NCBI GenBank assembly: GCA_040905465.1 | Contig: JBBDRK010000049.1 | Coordinates: 128,001 to 192,000 of the forward strand | DNA: 64,000 nt | Direction of reading: 5' to 3' | DNA from: Trueperaceae bacterium | GTDB taxonomy: Bacteria; Deinococcota; Deinococci; Deinococcales; Trueperaceae | In this document: positions 1 to 10,376 of the stretch, in pieces | Numbering within the stretch: the stretch's first letter is position 1 | Layout of the letters: every line of letters starts with the position of its first letter | Position numbers and translations under genes: made by a program | The notes under the pieces: generated by a model | What the model saw: only the letters and a program-made list of their open reading frames with translations | What the model was told of the DNA's origin: nothing | Databases searched by the model: none

Positions 1-729
1 GCTCCCGCTCAACGCCGCCACGAAAACCAGCCGCCCCCGGACGTTCATGAGCCGCAGGTTTCGGTCGAAGTACTCCCTGCCCACCATGTCGACGACGACA
101 TCGACGCCACCCCCCGAGAGGAGCGCGCCGAGCCTCTCTTCGAAATCCTCTTCCCGGTAATTGACGGCAATCTCCGCGCCCAACGCCTCGCACGCCTCGG
201 TCTTCGCCCGGCTTCCTGCCGTCGCGAACACCCGGCAGCCGGCCCTGTGGGCCATCTGGATTGCAGCCGTGCCCACGCCGCTCGCTCCGGCGTGGATCAG
301 AACCGTCTCCCCAGGCTTGAGTCGGCCCTCCCAGAACAACGCGGAGAACGCCGTAAGGAACACCTCCGGAACCGCGGCGGCCTCCGTGAGCGTGAGTGAG
401 GCGGGAACCGGAATCAGCATGGCAGCCGGCACCACCGCCTCTTCGGCGTAGCCGCCGCCCGGCAGGAGGGCACACACCCGGTCCCCCACCGACCAACCGC
501 CGACCTCCGCGCCCAGTTCGCGGACCAGCCCCGCCATTTCCAGGCCCATGATCTCGCTGGCACCCGGCGGCGGGGGATAGTTGCCCGCCCGCTGCAGCAG
601 GTCGGCACGGTTGAGTGCGGCGGCGTGCACGTCCACCCGAACCTCGTCGGGGGCGAGTTTCGGGGCCGCGACCTCCGACCAGCGCAGAGGTGCGCCCGCC
701 TCCTGTTCACCGACGATGATCGCCTTCAC
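1..729 (-). CDS. NAD(P)H-quinone oxidoreductase (PIG3/zeta-crystallin-like MDR family), 3' end runs off the window
   Basis: Manual translation from GTG at 729 (AAGGAG RBS upstream): MKAIIVGEQEAGAPLRWSEV...VHAAALNRADLLQRAGNYPPPPGASEIMGLE, followed later by TVLIHAGASGVGTAAIQ. Absent from the ORF track because it has no stop in the window. Confidence 0.9.
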   Translation of the reverse strand, partial: MKAIIVGEQEAGAPLRWSEVAAPKLAPDEVRVDVHAAALNRADLLQRAGNYPPPPGASEIMGLEMAGLVRELGAEVGGWSVGDRVCALLPGGGYAEEAVVPAAMLIPVPASLTLTEAAAVPEVFLTAFSALFWEGRLKPGETVLIHAGASGVGTAAIQMAHRAGCRVFATAGSRAKTEACEALGAEIAVNYREEDFEERLGALLSGGGVDVVVDMVGREYFDRNLRLMNVRGRLVFVAALSGS

Positions 730-917
730 AGTTCGACTCCTTTCGAACTCCGCCGCATCGGGGTCGTTCGCGCATGGGTCATTCGCGTCCGGGTCATTCG
801 CAACCTCGCCGGAAGCGGGCGGGTCGGATGCGGGCGGACTGTTCGCGCCACGGTCGGTAGCGGCCGGGTCATCCGCGCCCGCGTCGGTAGTGGGCGGGTC
901 GGTAGCGCCGGGGTCAT
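726..917 (-). CDS. Possible 63-aa Arg/Thr/Pro-rich repeat peptide
   Basis: ATG overlaps the upstream stop (ATGA at 914-917) and its TGA overlaps the downstream GTG (GTGA at 726-729). No recognisable homology. Confidence 0.3.
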   Translation of the reverse strand: MTPALPTRPLPTRARMTRPLPTVARTVRPHPTRPLPARLRMTRTRMTHARTTPMRRSSKGVEL

Positions 918-940
918 TCGCGCCCGCGTCGGTAACGCGC
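761..940. repeat. Degenerate tandem array of 12 x 15-bp units
   Basis: Units in exact register from 761: gggtcgttcgcgcat, gggtcattcgcgtcc, gggtcattcgcaacc, tcgccggaagcgggc, gggtcggatgcgggc ... gggtcattcgcgccc, gcgtcggtaacgcgc. No indels. Confidence 0.85.
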
Positions 941-2587
941 AGCGCCTGCCTCGGTAACGTACCCTTCGTTCAGGTCGCGCTCAAGCAGCTCCGGAGCGCG
1001 CTCCTCCGGCAAGCCGAAGCCGCTTCCTCCCGGCATGTCAATGGTGACGACATCCGCCGGCGTCCTCAACTCCGCCATGCCGTGCAGCTCGCCGTTCTCG
1101 AGCCGCCCTTCGGGAGTGTCCAGCGCGACTCCGGCCAGGCTGCCCGCCTGCCCGCCGTGCAAGCCCGGCGTCGCTACGATCATTCCTTGCGGATGAAGCG
1201 AGAGCAGGGAGGCCTGGCCGTCATCGAACAGCTTGCGCAGCCGCAACCGCTGACCGAGTCCGCCGCGGTGCCGGCCCGGGCCGCCGCTGTCGGCGATGAA
1301 CGCCTTCTCCTCCACCAATAACGGCGTGCGCGTTTCGAACATCTCGATCGAGGTGTTGCCTGCCGACGTGGGGTAGAGCAGCGCGCTCTGGCCGTCACCT
1401 GAGAGGCTGGCGCCTTGCCCGCCACCCTGGAATACGTGATCGTTGTAAACGTTGCCCTCGGCGTCCCGGCCGTAGGCGGCGGCTCCCATCGGCAGCCCGG
1501 TAAACGCCTGCACCCGCTCCGGCAGGACCTCTGCTAGCGCGGCGAAGATCGCCGGAGCACAGTACCAGCCCGTCTGGGTGCGTTGGTTCACGGCCGCCGG
1601 ATAGACGCAGTTGAGGACGCTACCTTCAGGCGCCGTCACCTCGATCGGCCGGAAGCAGCCGGCGTTCGACGGTATGTCGGGCGTGAGAATGCACTTAAGT
1701 GCGTAAACGGTATGAGCAGCGGTGTAGTTCATGGTGCAGTTGATTCCGCCCATAGGCTGCTCGGGGGGCGCCTCCCAGTCGACATGCAGCGTTTCCCCGG
1801 CGACCGTGATCGATACCGCCAGCTCGAGCGGCTCGGCGTGGCCGTCGAACTTCACCCGACTGCGGTACACGCCGTCGGGAACCGCCGCAACCGCCTCGCG
1901 CATGGCGCCCTCGGCGCGCGACTGTACCTCGTAGGCCAGGGCCCGCAGGTCGTTCAGCTCGTAGGCTTCCATGAACGACAGCAACCGGTGCATCGCCACC
2001 TTGTTGGCGCTGTGTTGCGCCTGGATGTCGCCCAGCACCATCTCGCCCTTGCGCACGTTGCGCTCGATGAGGGCGAACAGGCTCGCGTTCGGGACGCCGG
2101 CCTCGTAGAGCTTCATAGGTGGAATCTGCAGCCCCTCCTCATACACCTCGCGAACCGACTGGTAGTGCCTGGTACCGCCGATATCCGAACAGTGAGCGAT
2201 TGAGCCCACCAGCGCAACCAGGTCGCCGTGGCGGAAGACAGGAGTGACCAGCGCCACGTCGAAGAGGTGGCCGGCGCACAGCCACGGATCGTTGGTGACG
2301 AGTACGTCACCCTCACGCAGCGTCTCCTTCGGAAACTGCTCGAGCAGCGCCTTCACCGCCCGCGGCAGGGTGAGGTTGAAGACCGGCATCGAGCGAGGTG
2401 AGTGGGCCAACGACTCGCCGTCGGCATCGAGCAGTTCGCAGCCGAAATCCTGAGCTTCGCCGATGATGGTGCTGAAAGCGGTCCGCCAGATCGTGATCCA
2501 GCACTCCTCGGTAATGTTTACCAGACGGCTCCACATCACCTCCAGGCTCACCGGATCGAAGGCGGGCTTGGGGGTTGCTCCACTCAT
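914..2587 (-). CDS. Hydantoinase B / 5-oxoprolinase family subunit
   Basis: DPVSLEVMWSRL, AFSTIIGEAQDF, TNDPWLCAGHLFD, HCSDIGG, EEGLQIPP, DSGGPGRHRGGLG, PGGSGFG motifs. Alternative in-frame ATG at 2641. Confidence 0.92.
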   Translation of the reverse strand: MSGATPKPAFDPVSLEVMWSRLVNITEECWITIWRTAFSTIIGEAQDFGCELLDADGESLAHSPRSMPVFNLTLPRAVKALLEQFPKETLREGDVLVTNDPWLCAGHLFDVALVTPVFRHGDLVALVGSIAHCSDIGGTRHYQSVREVYEEGLQIPPMKLYEAGVPNASLFALIERNVRKGEMVLGDIQAQHSANKVAMHRLLSFMEAYELNDLRALAYEVQSRAEGAMREAVAAVPDGVYRSRVKFDGHAEPLELAVSITVAGETLHVDWEAPPEQPMGGINCTMNYTAAHTVYALKCILTPDIPSNAGCFRPIEVTAPEGSVLNCVYPAAVNQRTQTGWYCAPAIFAALAEVLPERVQAFTGLPMGAAAYGRDAEGNVYNDHVFQGGGQGASLSGDGQSALLYPTSAGNTSIEMFETRTPLLVEEKAFIADSGGPGRHRGGLGQRLRLRKLFDDGQASLLSLHPQGMIVATPGLHGGQAGSLAGVALDTPEGRLENGELHGMAELRTPADVVTIDMPGGSGFGLPEERAPELLERDLNEGYVTEAGAARYRRGRE

Positions 2588-2615
2588 CTGTGCACTTCCG
2601 AAATCTTCACGTGAG

Positions 2616-4754
2616 TCATCCTTCGTTCTTTCGAAGCGCATGGACCGGCCGCCCGGCAGCGACGTCGATAGACACCCTCAGGTTGCCGGCGTCGTCCACC
2701 TGCAACAGGTCGCCGGGGGGAATCACGGTGGTGCTTTCGCGCTCCTCGACTATGAGCGGACCATCGATCCGAGCGCCCAAGGGCAGGGCTTCGCGGCCGT
2801 AGACCGGCGTCTCGACAAAACCGCGCGTTTCCGGGAAGTACGCCGAGCGCATCCCCTTGGGCGCCAACGGCGCGGCGGCCCGTGAAGGGTCGGCATGCAG
2901 GTCTACCCGCGGCTCCGGCCCGATGCCGCGCAGCCGCCAGCTCATCGCCATCGGCCGGTATCCCGCCAGCACATTGTGGTAGCGCTCGCCGTATACGCGC
3001 TCGAAGGCCTCGCTGAGGGCCGGGCCGATCGACTCATCTATCGGCCCGCCCGGCAAAGGCACCTCGATCTCATGGAACTGGCCGATCAGGCGAGCCTCCA
3101 CGGAGCGTTCGATGCGCACGTCGCCGCCGTTCACGCCGGCACGCCCGAGCAGCGCTCGCGCCTCGCGTTCCATCTCGGCGAACAGTTCGGCAATGGCAGT
3201 CCAGGTGAGGGTGTCGAATGCGCCGGGGTAGGAACGGACGATCTCGAAGCTGGTGGGCGCAACCAGGAAGCCGAGCGCCGACGCCACCCCCGACACCGGC
3301 GGAACAAGCATGCTCCGGGCGCCGAGGATTCGAGCGACCCGCGCCGCATGGGCCGGTCCCGCACCCCCGAAGGCCAATAGCGGAAAATCGCGCGGGTCCT
3401 GATCCTTCTCGATGATGTGTACCCTCGCGGCCCGCGCCATGCTCTCGCATACCACTTGGTGGACACCCCAGGCAGCCTCCACTGCGTCCATTTCCAGGTC
3501 GCGCCCGAGCGCCCCCAGACTGCGCCGTGATGCATCGGCGTCGAGCCGCATGCTCCCGCCCAGAAAGAACTCCGGGTCGTAGTAACCCAGCAGAAGGCAG
3601 GCGTCGGTTACCGTCGGTTCGGTACCGCCTCGACCGTAGCAGGCCGGTCCGGGATCGGCGGATGCGCTCTGCGGCCCCACTTTCAGCAGGCCCAACTGAT
3701 CGCGGCGGGCGATCGAACCGCCTCCTGCCCCGATCTCGATCATGTCCACCACCGGCGCCCTTATCGGCAGACCGGAACCCCGCTTGAACCGGTGCACCCG
3801 GCCTGCTTCCATCTCGGCGGCGATGTCGGGCCTCCCGTTTTGAATGAGGCAGGCCTTGGCGGTGGTGCCGCCCATATCGAAAGACAGCAGGTTCCGCTCG
3901 CCGGCCCTGCGCCCAAGATAGGCGGTCGCCAAAGCCCCGCCGGCCGGCCCGGACTCGAGCAGGCGGATCGGGTAGCGACGGGCGATCTCCGGTGAGGCGA
4001 TGCCGCCGCTGCTGAGCATCAGCGAGAAGCGGCCCAGGAAACCGCTCTCAGCCAAGGCTGCCTCGATGCGCGCGAGGTAACGGTCCATCAAGGGCTGTAC
4101 GTAGGCGTTGCAGGCGGTCGTGTTGGTCCGCTCGTACTCGCGTATCTCCGGCACCACGTCGTACGACGCGCTCACGTAGAGGCCAGGGTGACGCCGGCTG
4201 ACCCGCTCTGCGACGGCCCGCTCATGATCCGGGTTGCGGTAGCTGTGGAGCAGGCAGATCGCCAGCGCCTCGACACCGTCATCAACCAGTCGGTCGACCA
4301 GGGCGTCGACCTGCTCGAGGTCGATCGGCCGGAGGACCTCCCCGTCGCGGCTGAGGCGCTCGTCCAGCTCGAGGCGGTGTCTGCGCGGAACGACCGGTTC
4401 AGGGTAGTTCAGGAACAGGTCGTATATGTCGTAGCGCTGCTCGTGCCCCATCTCGAGCACGTCGCGGAATCCGCGGGTGGTCAAGAGGCCGGTCGGACGT
4501 CCGCGACGCTCGATGACGGCGTTGGTCACGAGCGTGGTTCCGTGGATCACGGCGTCTACCTGGGTAAGCTCCACGCCGGCCATGGCGAGCAGTTCCTGCA
4601 ACCCCTGCAGGGCACCGACCGCCGGATCGTCGGGGGTGGTCAGGCACTTGTGCAACTGCAGTTGATCGTTCGTGCGGTCGAGCAGAACCAGGTCGGTAAA
4701 GGTTCCGCCGATGTCGAGACCTACCTGAAAGTCTTGCCGTCCGGCGCTGCTCAC
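2616..4754 (-). CDS. Hydantoinase A / 5-oxoprolinase family subunit
   Basis: DIGGTFTD, HGTTLVTNA, ESGPAGG, FDMGGTT, IGAGGGSIA, SASADPGPACYGRGG, TVTDA, FGGAGP motifs. Confidence 0.93.
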   Translation of the reverse strand: MSSAGRQDFQVGLDIGGTFTDLVLLDRTNDQLQLHKCLTTPDDPAVGALQGLQELLAMAGVELTQVDAVIHGTTLVTNAVIERRGRPTGLLTTRGFRDVLEMGHEQRYDIYDLFLNYPEPVVPRRHRLELDERLSRDGEVLRPIDLEQVDALVDRLVDDGVEALAICLLHSYRNPDHERAVAERVSRRHPGLYVSASYDVVPEIREYERTNTTACNAYVQPLMDRYLARIEAALAESGFLGRFSLMLSSGGIASPEIARRYPIRLLESGPAGGALATAYLGRRAGERNLLSFDMGGTTAKACLIQNGRPDIAAEMEAGRVHRFKRGSGLPIRAPVVDMIEIGAGGGSIARRDQLGLLKVGPQSASADPGPACYGRGGTEPTVTDACLLLGYYDPEFFLGGSMRLDADASRRSLGALGRDLEMDAVEAAWGVHQVVCESMARAARVHIIEKDQDPRDFPLLAFGGAGPAHAARVARILGARSMLVPPVSGVASALGFLVAPTSFEIVRSYPGAFDTLTWTAIAELFAEMEREARALLGRAGVNGGDVRIERSVEARLIGQFHEIEVPLPGGPIDESIGPALSEAFERVYGERYHNVLAGYRPMAMSWRLRGIGPEPRVDLHADPSRAAAPLAPKGMRSAYFPETRGFVETPVYGREALPLGARIDGPLIVEERESTTVIPPGDLLQVDDAGNLRVSIDVAAGRPVHALRKNEG

Positions 4755-5686
4755 TTGTTGGCCACCCGCTGCAACTGCGTCATCGGTCCGTACAGGCCAA
4801 CCAGCCGTTCGAACTCCACCGGATCGTAGAAACTGAGTTCACCCGCGCCGAAGCGCTTTGCGACTTCGATCGCGAACTGGCCCGCCGCGGCGGCGTCTTC
4901 GGGCTGGGTAGCGCCGGTGGCGCAACCCGGCACCGGCACCTCGGCGGTCAGGGCAACGCCGACCACCGGAGCGTTCGTGGAGACGGCGGGTTGCATTATC
5001 GAGTTGATGTGGAACACCTCGTTCCCATAAGGGGTGATGTCCTGCATGGTGATGGGTAACACCAGCGGACGTTTGCCGGTGACCCAGCCAAGCGTGTCGA
5101 GCAGGTCATCCGCCACGCGTACGATCCAGCCCTGTACCACCGTTGCGGTGATCGCCACGCCGCGCTGGTTGATCACCCGGTTACCGCGGGTGGTGTCGAT
5201 GGAAAGCACCGCGTCCATCTCGGGCACGACCTCGTGGTCGTTCATGAGAGCCGAGTCGACGGGCGAGCCCATCAGCGGAACCGGTTGGTGCGGCCGCACC
5301 GGAGCGTCGGGGCAAACGTGGGTAGTGATGATCACGTCCCCGGCAAGCCGGTCTCCGGCCGCGACCATCTCTATCAGCTTGCGGGCGGCGGCCAGCGCTG
5401 CCAGCGCGCCGTCACCGTCGGATACGTGACCGACAAGCGCCGGCCGAGCTCCCGAACCACCCAGCCGGCCGATTACGCCGAGAGTCGGGGCGTCTCCCCC
5501 GGCCGTTTTGCCTTTCAGTCCCGGAATCCGCACGCTCACGTGATCGGTCCCGCCGATTTCGCCTCGCAGGCGGCGTACCGTAACCTCCGCCAGGCCGCTC
5601 GCCTGCAGCGCGTCTTTTACTGTCTCTCCGCTGGCGTCGGGTCGGTCCAGAACGTCCAGGAGCTCGATGACCTGGCGCAGGATCAT
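4751..5686 (-). CDS. DUF1177 family protein
   Basis: Start trimmed to MILRQVIELLD (ATG 5686). GVIGRLGGSGARP...VSDGDGA, SIDTTRGNRVIN, DITPYGN..HINSIMQP and VPGCATGA are typical of DUF1177. Confidence 0.85.
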   Translation of the reverse strand: MILRQVIELLDVLDRPDASGETVKDALQASGLAEVTVRRLRGEIGGTDHVSVRIPGLKGKTAGGDAPTLGVIGRLGGSGARPALVGHVSDGDGALAALAAARKLIEMVAAGDRLAGDVIITTHVCPDAPVRPHQPVPLMGSPVDSALMNDHEVVPEMDAVLSIDTTRGNRVINQRGVAITATVVQGWIVRVADDLLDTLGWVTGKRPLVLPITMQDITPYGNEVFHINSIMQPAVSTNAPVVGVALTAEVPVPGCATGATQPEDAAAAGQFAIEVAKRFGAGELSFYDPVEFERLVGLYGPMTQLQRVANK

Positions 5687-5741
5687 GGGGCTGCCGCTAC
5701 GGCGCGCTGCGCTTTCGTGCAGTCGTGGTCTCGACCAAGAA

Positions 5742-6422
5742 TCACAGGGCCACCTCGGCCGCCAGCCTGGCGGCCAACGAGCGCGCAAGCACTACCTGCC
5801 CCGGAAACGCCTCTCTTGCCGCGTCGCGCATCCGGAGGTCGTAACCGAAGCAGTCGAGGAAGCAGACCGCGGCTCCAGCGTCCGCCGCCCTCCCCGCGGC
5901 AGCGGCGACTCCCGGCACCGGATCGCTGCAATACGGGTCGGCATCCACGACGAAAGCGTCCACTCCCATCGACGACCACTTGCGCCGCGCCTGCGTGACC
6001 TGACTGGCCAGCGGCGTCAGCGAAGCTACCCGCCCACCAGCCGCCAGTGCCGTCACTACCGCGTACAAAGCCGACTGAGGCGCAAGCAGCGGACGACGAT
6101 GGCGGAAACTGGGGAACTCGCCGGTGCACATGAGGAGCGTTACCCCCACTCCCTCGTCCTCGAGGTCTTCTATCTGAGCCTGCAGACGCGGCAGCAGGTG
6201 GCGCTTGGCGACCTCGACCGAGCGACCGTCCTGCAAAAGCGTGATCAGCCGATAGTCGTCTTCGCTCGGCGACATCTCCGCAATTTCACCGTCGGTGACG
6301 CCGTCGAGGGCCCCGCGTTCGAGAACCCGCACATCGCCGAGCACCTTGCGCACGTCGCTGGCAAGCCCGTCCCGCCTGGGCGCCTGGCCGATCGTCAGCA
6401 AACCGATGGTAGGTGAGCTCAT
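5742..6422 (-). CDS. aroM: AroM family protein
   Basis: IGLLTIGQAPR, ERGALDG, LMCTGEF, ADPY, LDCFGY motifs (racemase-like two-Cys pattern). Confidence 0.85.
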   Translation of the reverse strand: MSSPTIGLLTIGQAPRRDGLASDVRKVLGDVRVLERGALDGVTDGEIAEMSPSEDDYRLITLLQDGRSVEVAKRHLLPRLQAQIEDLEDEGVGVTLLMCTGEFPSFRHRRPLLAPQSALYAVVTALAAGGRVASLTPLASQVTQARRKWSSMGVDAFVVDADPYCSDPVPGVAAAAGRAADAGAAVCFLDCFGYDLRMRDAAREAFPGQVVLARSLAARLAAEVAL

Positions 6423-7219
6423 CGTTTCTCTCCGTAAACGGACCCCAGGCCCACGAAACGCTCGGTGAGGATGACGGCCAGCACGGTTATAGCTACGCTC
6501 ACGGTCGATGCCGCGGCGGCGGTCGGGTCGAACGAGAACCGCAGGTAGTCGAACAGTTGCACCGGCAGGGTCGTGGTGCCGATGCCTGAGAGAAGCAGCG
6601 AGATCGGGAACTGGTCGAAGCTGGTGATGAATGCCAGCACCGCCCCGGAAACCACGCCGCCCTTGATCATCGGCAGCGTGATCCTCCGGAAGGTAGTGAA
6701 GGGTCCGGCGCCCAGGCTACGCGACGCCTCTTCTATCGACGAGTCGAAGCGAACCAGCACCGAGGTCACGGAGATGAAAACGAACGGCGTACACACCAGA
6801 ACGTGACCCACCCCCAGTGCGAAACCGCCGCTGGTACCGACACCGATGGCGTAGAAGTAGATGAGCAGGGCGATGCCGGTGAGGATGGACGGGAAGGCGA
6901 GGGGCGCCACGAACAGCACGCGCAGGAAATCGCGCAGGCGGCGCGCATGGCGCACCACGAACAGGCTGGCCAGGGTGCCGAGAACGGTTGCCACGAAGGT
7001 GACCCAGAGCGCCAGCCGCAACGAGAAGCCCAGCGCCCTCATGAACGGCCGGTTCTGAAAGAAGTTCTCGAACCAGCGCAGCGAGAAACCTTCGGGCGGG
7101 AACGTCAGGTACTCACCGGAGTTGAATGCCGCCAGCACCACGATCACTATCGGGGCCAGCAGGAAGGCGAACATCAACGTCACGAAGGCCGGAAACAGCA
7201 GTCTTCCGGGTCCGGCCAT
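6419..7219 (-). CDS. ABC transporter permease (PotC-like)
   Basis: Start MAGPGRLLF at 7219 (TGATG overlap with upstream gene). FPPEGFSLRWF, EEASRSLGA (EAA loop), AFITSFD. Confidence 0.9.
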   Translation of the reverse strand: MAGPGRLLFPAFVTLMFAFLLAPIVIVVLAAFNSGEYLTFPPEGFSLRWFENFFQNRPFMRALGFSLRLALWVTFVATVLGTLASLFVVRHARRLRDFLRVLFVAPLAFPSILTGIALLIYFYAIGVGTSGGFALGVGHVLVCTPFVFISVTSVLVRFDSSIEEASRSLGAGPFTTFRRITLPMIKGGVVSGAVLAFITSFDQFPISLLLSGIGTTTLPVQLFDYLRFSFDPTAAAASTVSVAITVLAVILTERFVGLGSVYGEKR

Positions 7220-8112
7220 CACGCGATCCCCTTCATCGCGCGAGACATTATCCGGTTGAACAGCGTGATCGTCCCGACGGTAACGGCGAACAAGACCATG
7301 GCGAGGGCACTGCCGAGCGGCCAATTGAACAGATCCATCACCGCCTGCACGATCAGGAGAGGAGCGGTGAGAACGTTGTAGCCGCCAAGCAGGGAAGGGA
7401 TAACATAGGCGCTCACGGACAGCACGAATACCAGCACGGTGCCTGCTGCCACGCCCGGCAGGCTGAGGGGCCACACTACCCGCCAGAACGTGGTCCAGGC
7501 CGAGGCGCCGAGACTGCGCGACGCCTTCTCGAGCTCGGGATCGACATCGGAGAGGGCGTTCATGAGCGAGATCACCATGAACGGCATGTAGACGTGGATC
7601 AGGCCTATCCAGACCCCGGTCTGGTTGTACATCAGCTTGCGCGCGCCGATCCCCATCCAGTTCAGGAACTGGTTCACCAATCCGGTGTCGGACAGCAGGA
7701 TCATCCAGCCGTAACTGCGCACCACCACGCCTACCAACAGCGGCGCAAGGACCAGCGCCAGAAGTATGCCTTTCCGTTTGCTCGACGAGCGTGCCATGAA
7801 ATAGGCGACCGGATAACTCAGCGCCAGGGTCGCCGCAGCGGTGACGATGGCGAACCAGAAGGTGAGCCCGATAATCTCCCAGTTGAAGCCGTCGCTGAGG
7901 ACATTGGCGTAGTTGGCGAGGGTGGCGACGTGATAGTACGGCTCGTCGTATGCGCGTGTGAGGAAGCTGATGTAGAGCATGTTGGCGTAAGGCAGAACGA
8001 AGAAGAAGAACAGCATCACCATGCCCGGAAGCAGCAACAACCATGAGCGCCAGTTGCGATCAGGCGCAGCCGGGCGCTGCGGCCGACGGGGCACCGAAGC
8101 GGCGGCGCTCAC
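7219..8112 (-). CDS. ABC transporter permease (PotB-like)
   Basis: LSYPVAYFM, VVRSYGW, EKASRSLGA, NWPLGSALA; multiple TM helices. Confidence 0.9.
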   Translation of the reverse strand: MSAAASVPRRPQRPAAPDRNWRSWLLLLPGMVMLFFFFVLPYANMLYISFLTRAYDEPYYHVATLANYANVLSDGFNWEIIGLTFWFAIVTAAATLALSYPVAYFMARSSSKRKGILLALVLAPLLVGVVVRSYGWMILLSDTGLVNQFLNWMGIGARKLMYNQTGVWIGLIHVYMPFMVISLMNALSDVDPELEKASRSLGASAWTTFWRVVWPLSLPGVAAGTVLVFVLSVSAYVIPSLLGGYNVLTAPLLIVQAVMDLFNWPLGSALAMVLFAVTVGTITLFNRIMSRAMKGIA

Positions 8113-9221
8113 ACCGACGGACCGTTTCCGGAAACAGGCTTGGAGCCCACCACCCAGGTCTTGTGCGCCGGGAAACGAAGCTCGACCGGCGAACCGGGCG
8201 GGAACTCCTCGCCGGCAACCGCCTGGACTCGCAGCGACAGCCCGCCCGCGGCCTCCACCTGGTAATCGACGATGCTGCCGAGATAGGCCAGTTCACGCAC
8301 CTGCCCGGTGACGACGGTGAAATCGCCTTCGCGCCGCAATCCCGGCGCGCCGCTGCCTTCGCTCATGGTGAACGCCTCCGGCCGAACGCAAACCAGCACA
8401 TCCTTGCCCGCCCCGAGCTCACTGCCGCCGCGCGCGGCGATCTCGCCCCACTGCGAGGCGATAGTCACGGCTCCGTCCCGGTTGGAAGTGACCTGACCGG
8501 CGATCAGATTGGCGAGCCCGATGAAGTCGGCTACCCGCGCCGAGGCGGGCCGCTCGTAGATCTCCTTGGGGGCGCCGAGCTGGTGCAGCTCGCCATCCAT
8601 CATTACGGCGATGCGGTCCGCCAACACCAGCGCCTCGGACTGGTCGTGTGTCACATAAATAGTGGTGATTCCGAACTCCCGCTGCAACTCACGGATATAG
8701 AAGCGCATCTCTTCGCGCAGCTTGGCGTCGAGGTTGGCCAGCGGTTCGTCCAGGAGAAGCACCGAGGGATTGATAACCAGGGCTCGAGCCAAAGCTGTTC
8801 GCTGCTGTTGGCCGCCCGAGATCTGGCGAGTGTAGCGGTCGCCCAGGCCGTTGAGTTGGACCTTGGCGAGCATGGCTTCGACCCGGCGGGTGACCTCGGA
8901 CGCGTCGACGGCACGCATCTGAAGTCCATAGGCGACATTCTGGGTCACCGTCATATGGGGAAACAGGGCGTAGTTCTGAAAGACCATGCCGACGTTGCGC
9001 CGTTCGGGCGCCAGGTTGGTGACGTCCTGCTCGCCGAAGCGGATTGCGCCGGCGGTCGGGCGTTCAAAGCCCGCCACCATCCGCAGCGTCGTGGTCTTGC
9101 CGCACCCCGAGGGCCCCAGGAAGGCGATCAGCTCGCCCTCCTGGAGATCGAGGCGCATCCTGTCTACAGCGGTGATGGCGCCAAAGCGCTTGGTCACCTC
9201 TTCGATATGGATACTTGCCAC
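8109..9221 (-). CDS. ABC transporter ATP-binding protein (PotA-like, TOBE domain)
   Basis: Walker [34 protein letters not shown]. Likely GTG start at 9221 (ORF track 9248). Confidence 0.93.
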   Translation of the reverse strand: MASIHIEEVTKRFGAITAVDRMRLDLQEGELIAFLGPSGCGKTTTLRMVAGFERPTAGAIRFGEQDVTNLAPERRNVGMVFQNYALFPHMTVTQNVAYGLQMRAVDASEVTRRVEAMLAKVQLNGLGDRYTRQISGGQQQRTALARALVINPSVLLLDEPLANLDAKLREEMRFYIRELQREFGITTIYVTHDQSEALVLADRIAVMMDGELHQLGAPKEIYERPASARVADFIGLANLIAGQVTSNRDGAVTIASQWGEIAARGGSELGAGKDVLVCVRPEAFTMSEGSGAPGLRREGDFTVVTGQVRELAYLGSIVDYQVEAAGGLSLRVQAVAGEEFPPGSPVELRFPAHKTWVVGSKPVSGNGPSV

Positions 9222-9228
9222 CGTAGCT

Positions 9229-10290
9229 TCAGTTCCCCCTGATTTCACGGTTCCAGCGGTTCACCATGTCCTCGCGGGGGCCGGCGTTGAGCCACAACCA
9301 GTCCCACTGGTGGATCTGATCGACCTCGGCGGCGGTTACCGGGATGAGGTTGGCGAGCTCACCCTCGATGGCTACCTCGGTGTTGGCCGGGGTGACGTAG
9401 TAGTTCTCGGCCCATACCTGTTGGGTCTCGGTGTCCAGCATGTAGTCGATGAACGCGAAAGCCAGGTCCTCGACGTCCGTGCCGGCGGTGACGTTCATGT
9501 TCTGTTCGAACATGAAGAGGCCTTCGGAGGGGATCACGAATTCGAGCGGCACCCCTTGCAGCTTCAGGCGAGCCACGGCGGCGGCGTCGAGGATTCCCAG
9601 GTGGACTTCGCCTTGCACGAGAAGGTTCTCCATGTCACCGGAGAAGTCGGTCTGCTTGAACGGACGAAGTTCCTGGAGCAGGTCGAAGCCAACGTCGTAG
9701 TTCTTGGGGTCGCCGGTCTGTATTTCCGCGAGCATCATAAGGAACATCGGAGCGGCCGAGTTGGCGATGTTGTAGATGCCGACATTGCCGCGGTATTCCT
9801 CGTTCCAGAGGTCCATCCAGGACTCCGGCGGGTTCTCGACCAGGTCGGTGCGGTAAGCGATCCCCAGCGGCTGCAGCAGGCCGAGCACGCCGATGTCGTC
9901 CGGAAGCCGGAGTGCGGGATGCACCTTTTCGAGGTTGGGCACCTTCTCCTCGTTGAGCGGAACGAAGCGGTTCTCCAGGCGGCCGGAGCTGATCCAGGTC
10001 TCGTTGGCGATCACCACGTCGTAGGGCGGGTTGGTTCGACCGGCGGCACGAAGGTTCGCCATCCAGTCACGGGAGAGACCGGTGGCCAGCTCGACGGTTG
10101 CGCCGGTTTCCTCCTCGAACGGGGGGAGGATAGTGTCGTTCAGGAACTCCTGCCAGCTGCCGCCGTAACTGGTGACAACCAGCGTCTGGCCCTGGAATGG
10201 TTTGTCCTGCGCCAGAGCGCTGCCGGCCAGCCCGAACAGAGCGATGGTTGTGGCGAAGGCGAGGTTCTTCACGAGCGATTTCGGGTGCAT
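9229..10290 (-). CDS. ABC transporter substrate-binding protein (polyamine/opine type)
   Basis: Signal peptide ending ALA-Q, LVVTSYGGSW, PESWMDLW, AFIDYML. AAGGAG RBS. Confidence 0.88.
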   Translation of the reverse strand: MHPKSLVKNLAFATTIALFGLAGSALAQDKPFQGQTLVVTSYGGSWQEFLNDTILPPFEEETGATVELATGLSRDWMANLRAAGRTNPPYDVVIANETWISSGRLENRFVPLNEEKVPNLEKVHPALRLPDDIGVLGLLQPLGIAYRTDLVENPPESWMDLWNEEYRGNVGIYNIANSAAPMFLMMLAEIQTGDPKNYDVGFDLLQELRPFKQTDFSGDMENLLVQGEVHLGILDAAAVARLKLQGVPLEFVIPSEGLFMFEQNMNVTAGTDVEDLAFAFIDYMLDTETQQVWAENYYVTPANTEVAIEGELANLIPVTAAEVDQIHQWDWLWLNAGPREDMVNRWNREIRGN

Positions 10291-10376
10291 GCGTTCTCCT
10301 TTGGGGTAATTGCGAATGAAGCCACTTACTTGACGTCCTGCGGTCTACTCCTTCCTGGCATCGAGCCCGAATCGGC

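Noticed and set aside
761-940. Possible CRISPR array
   Set aside because: Units are contiguous degenerate 15-mers with no unique spacers, and no cas genes are present.
7220-8044. N-terminal half of the 541-aa ORF 6419-8044
   Set aside because: Out-of-frame overlap with the PotB-like permease; the real gene starts at 7219.
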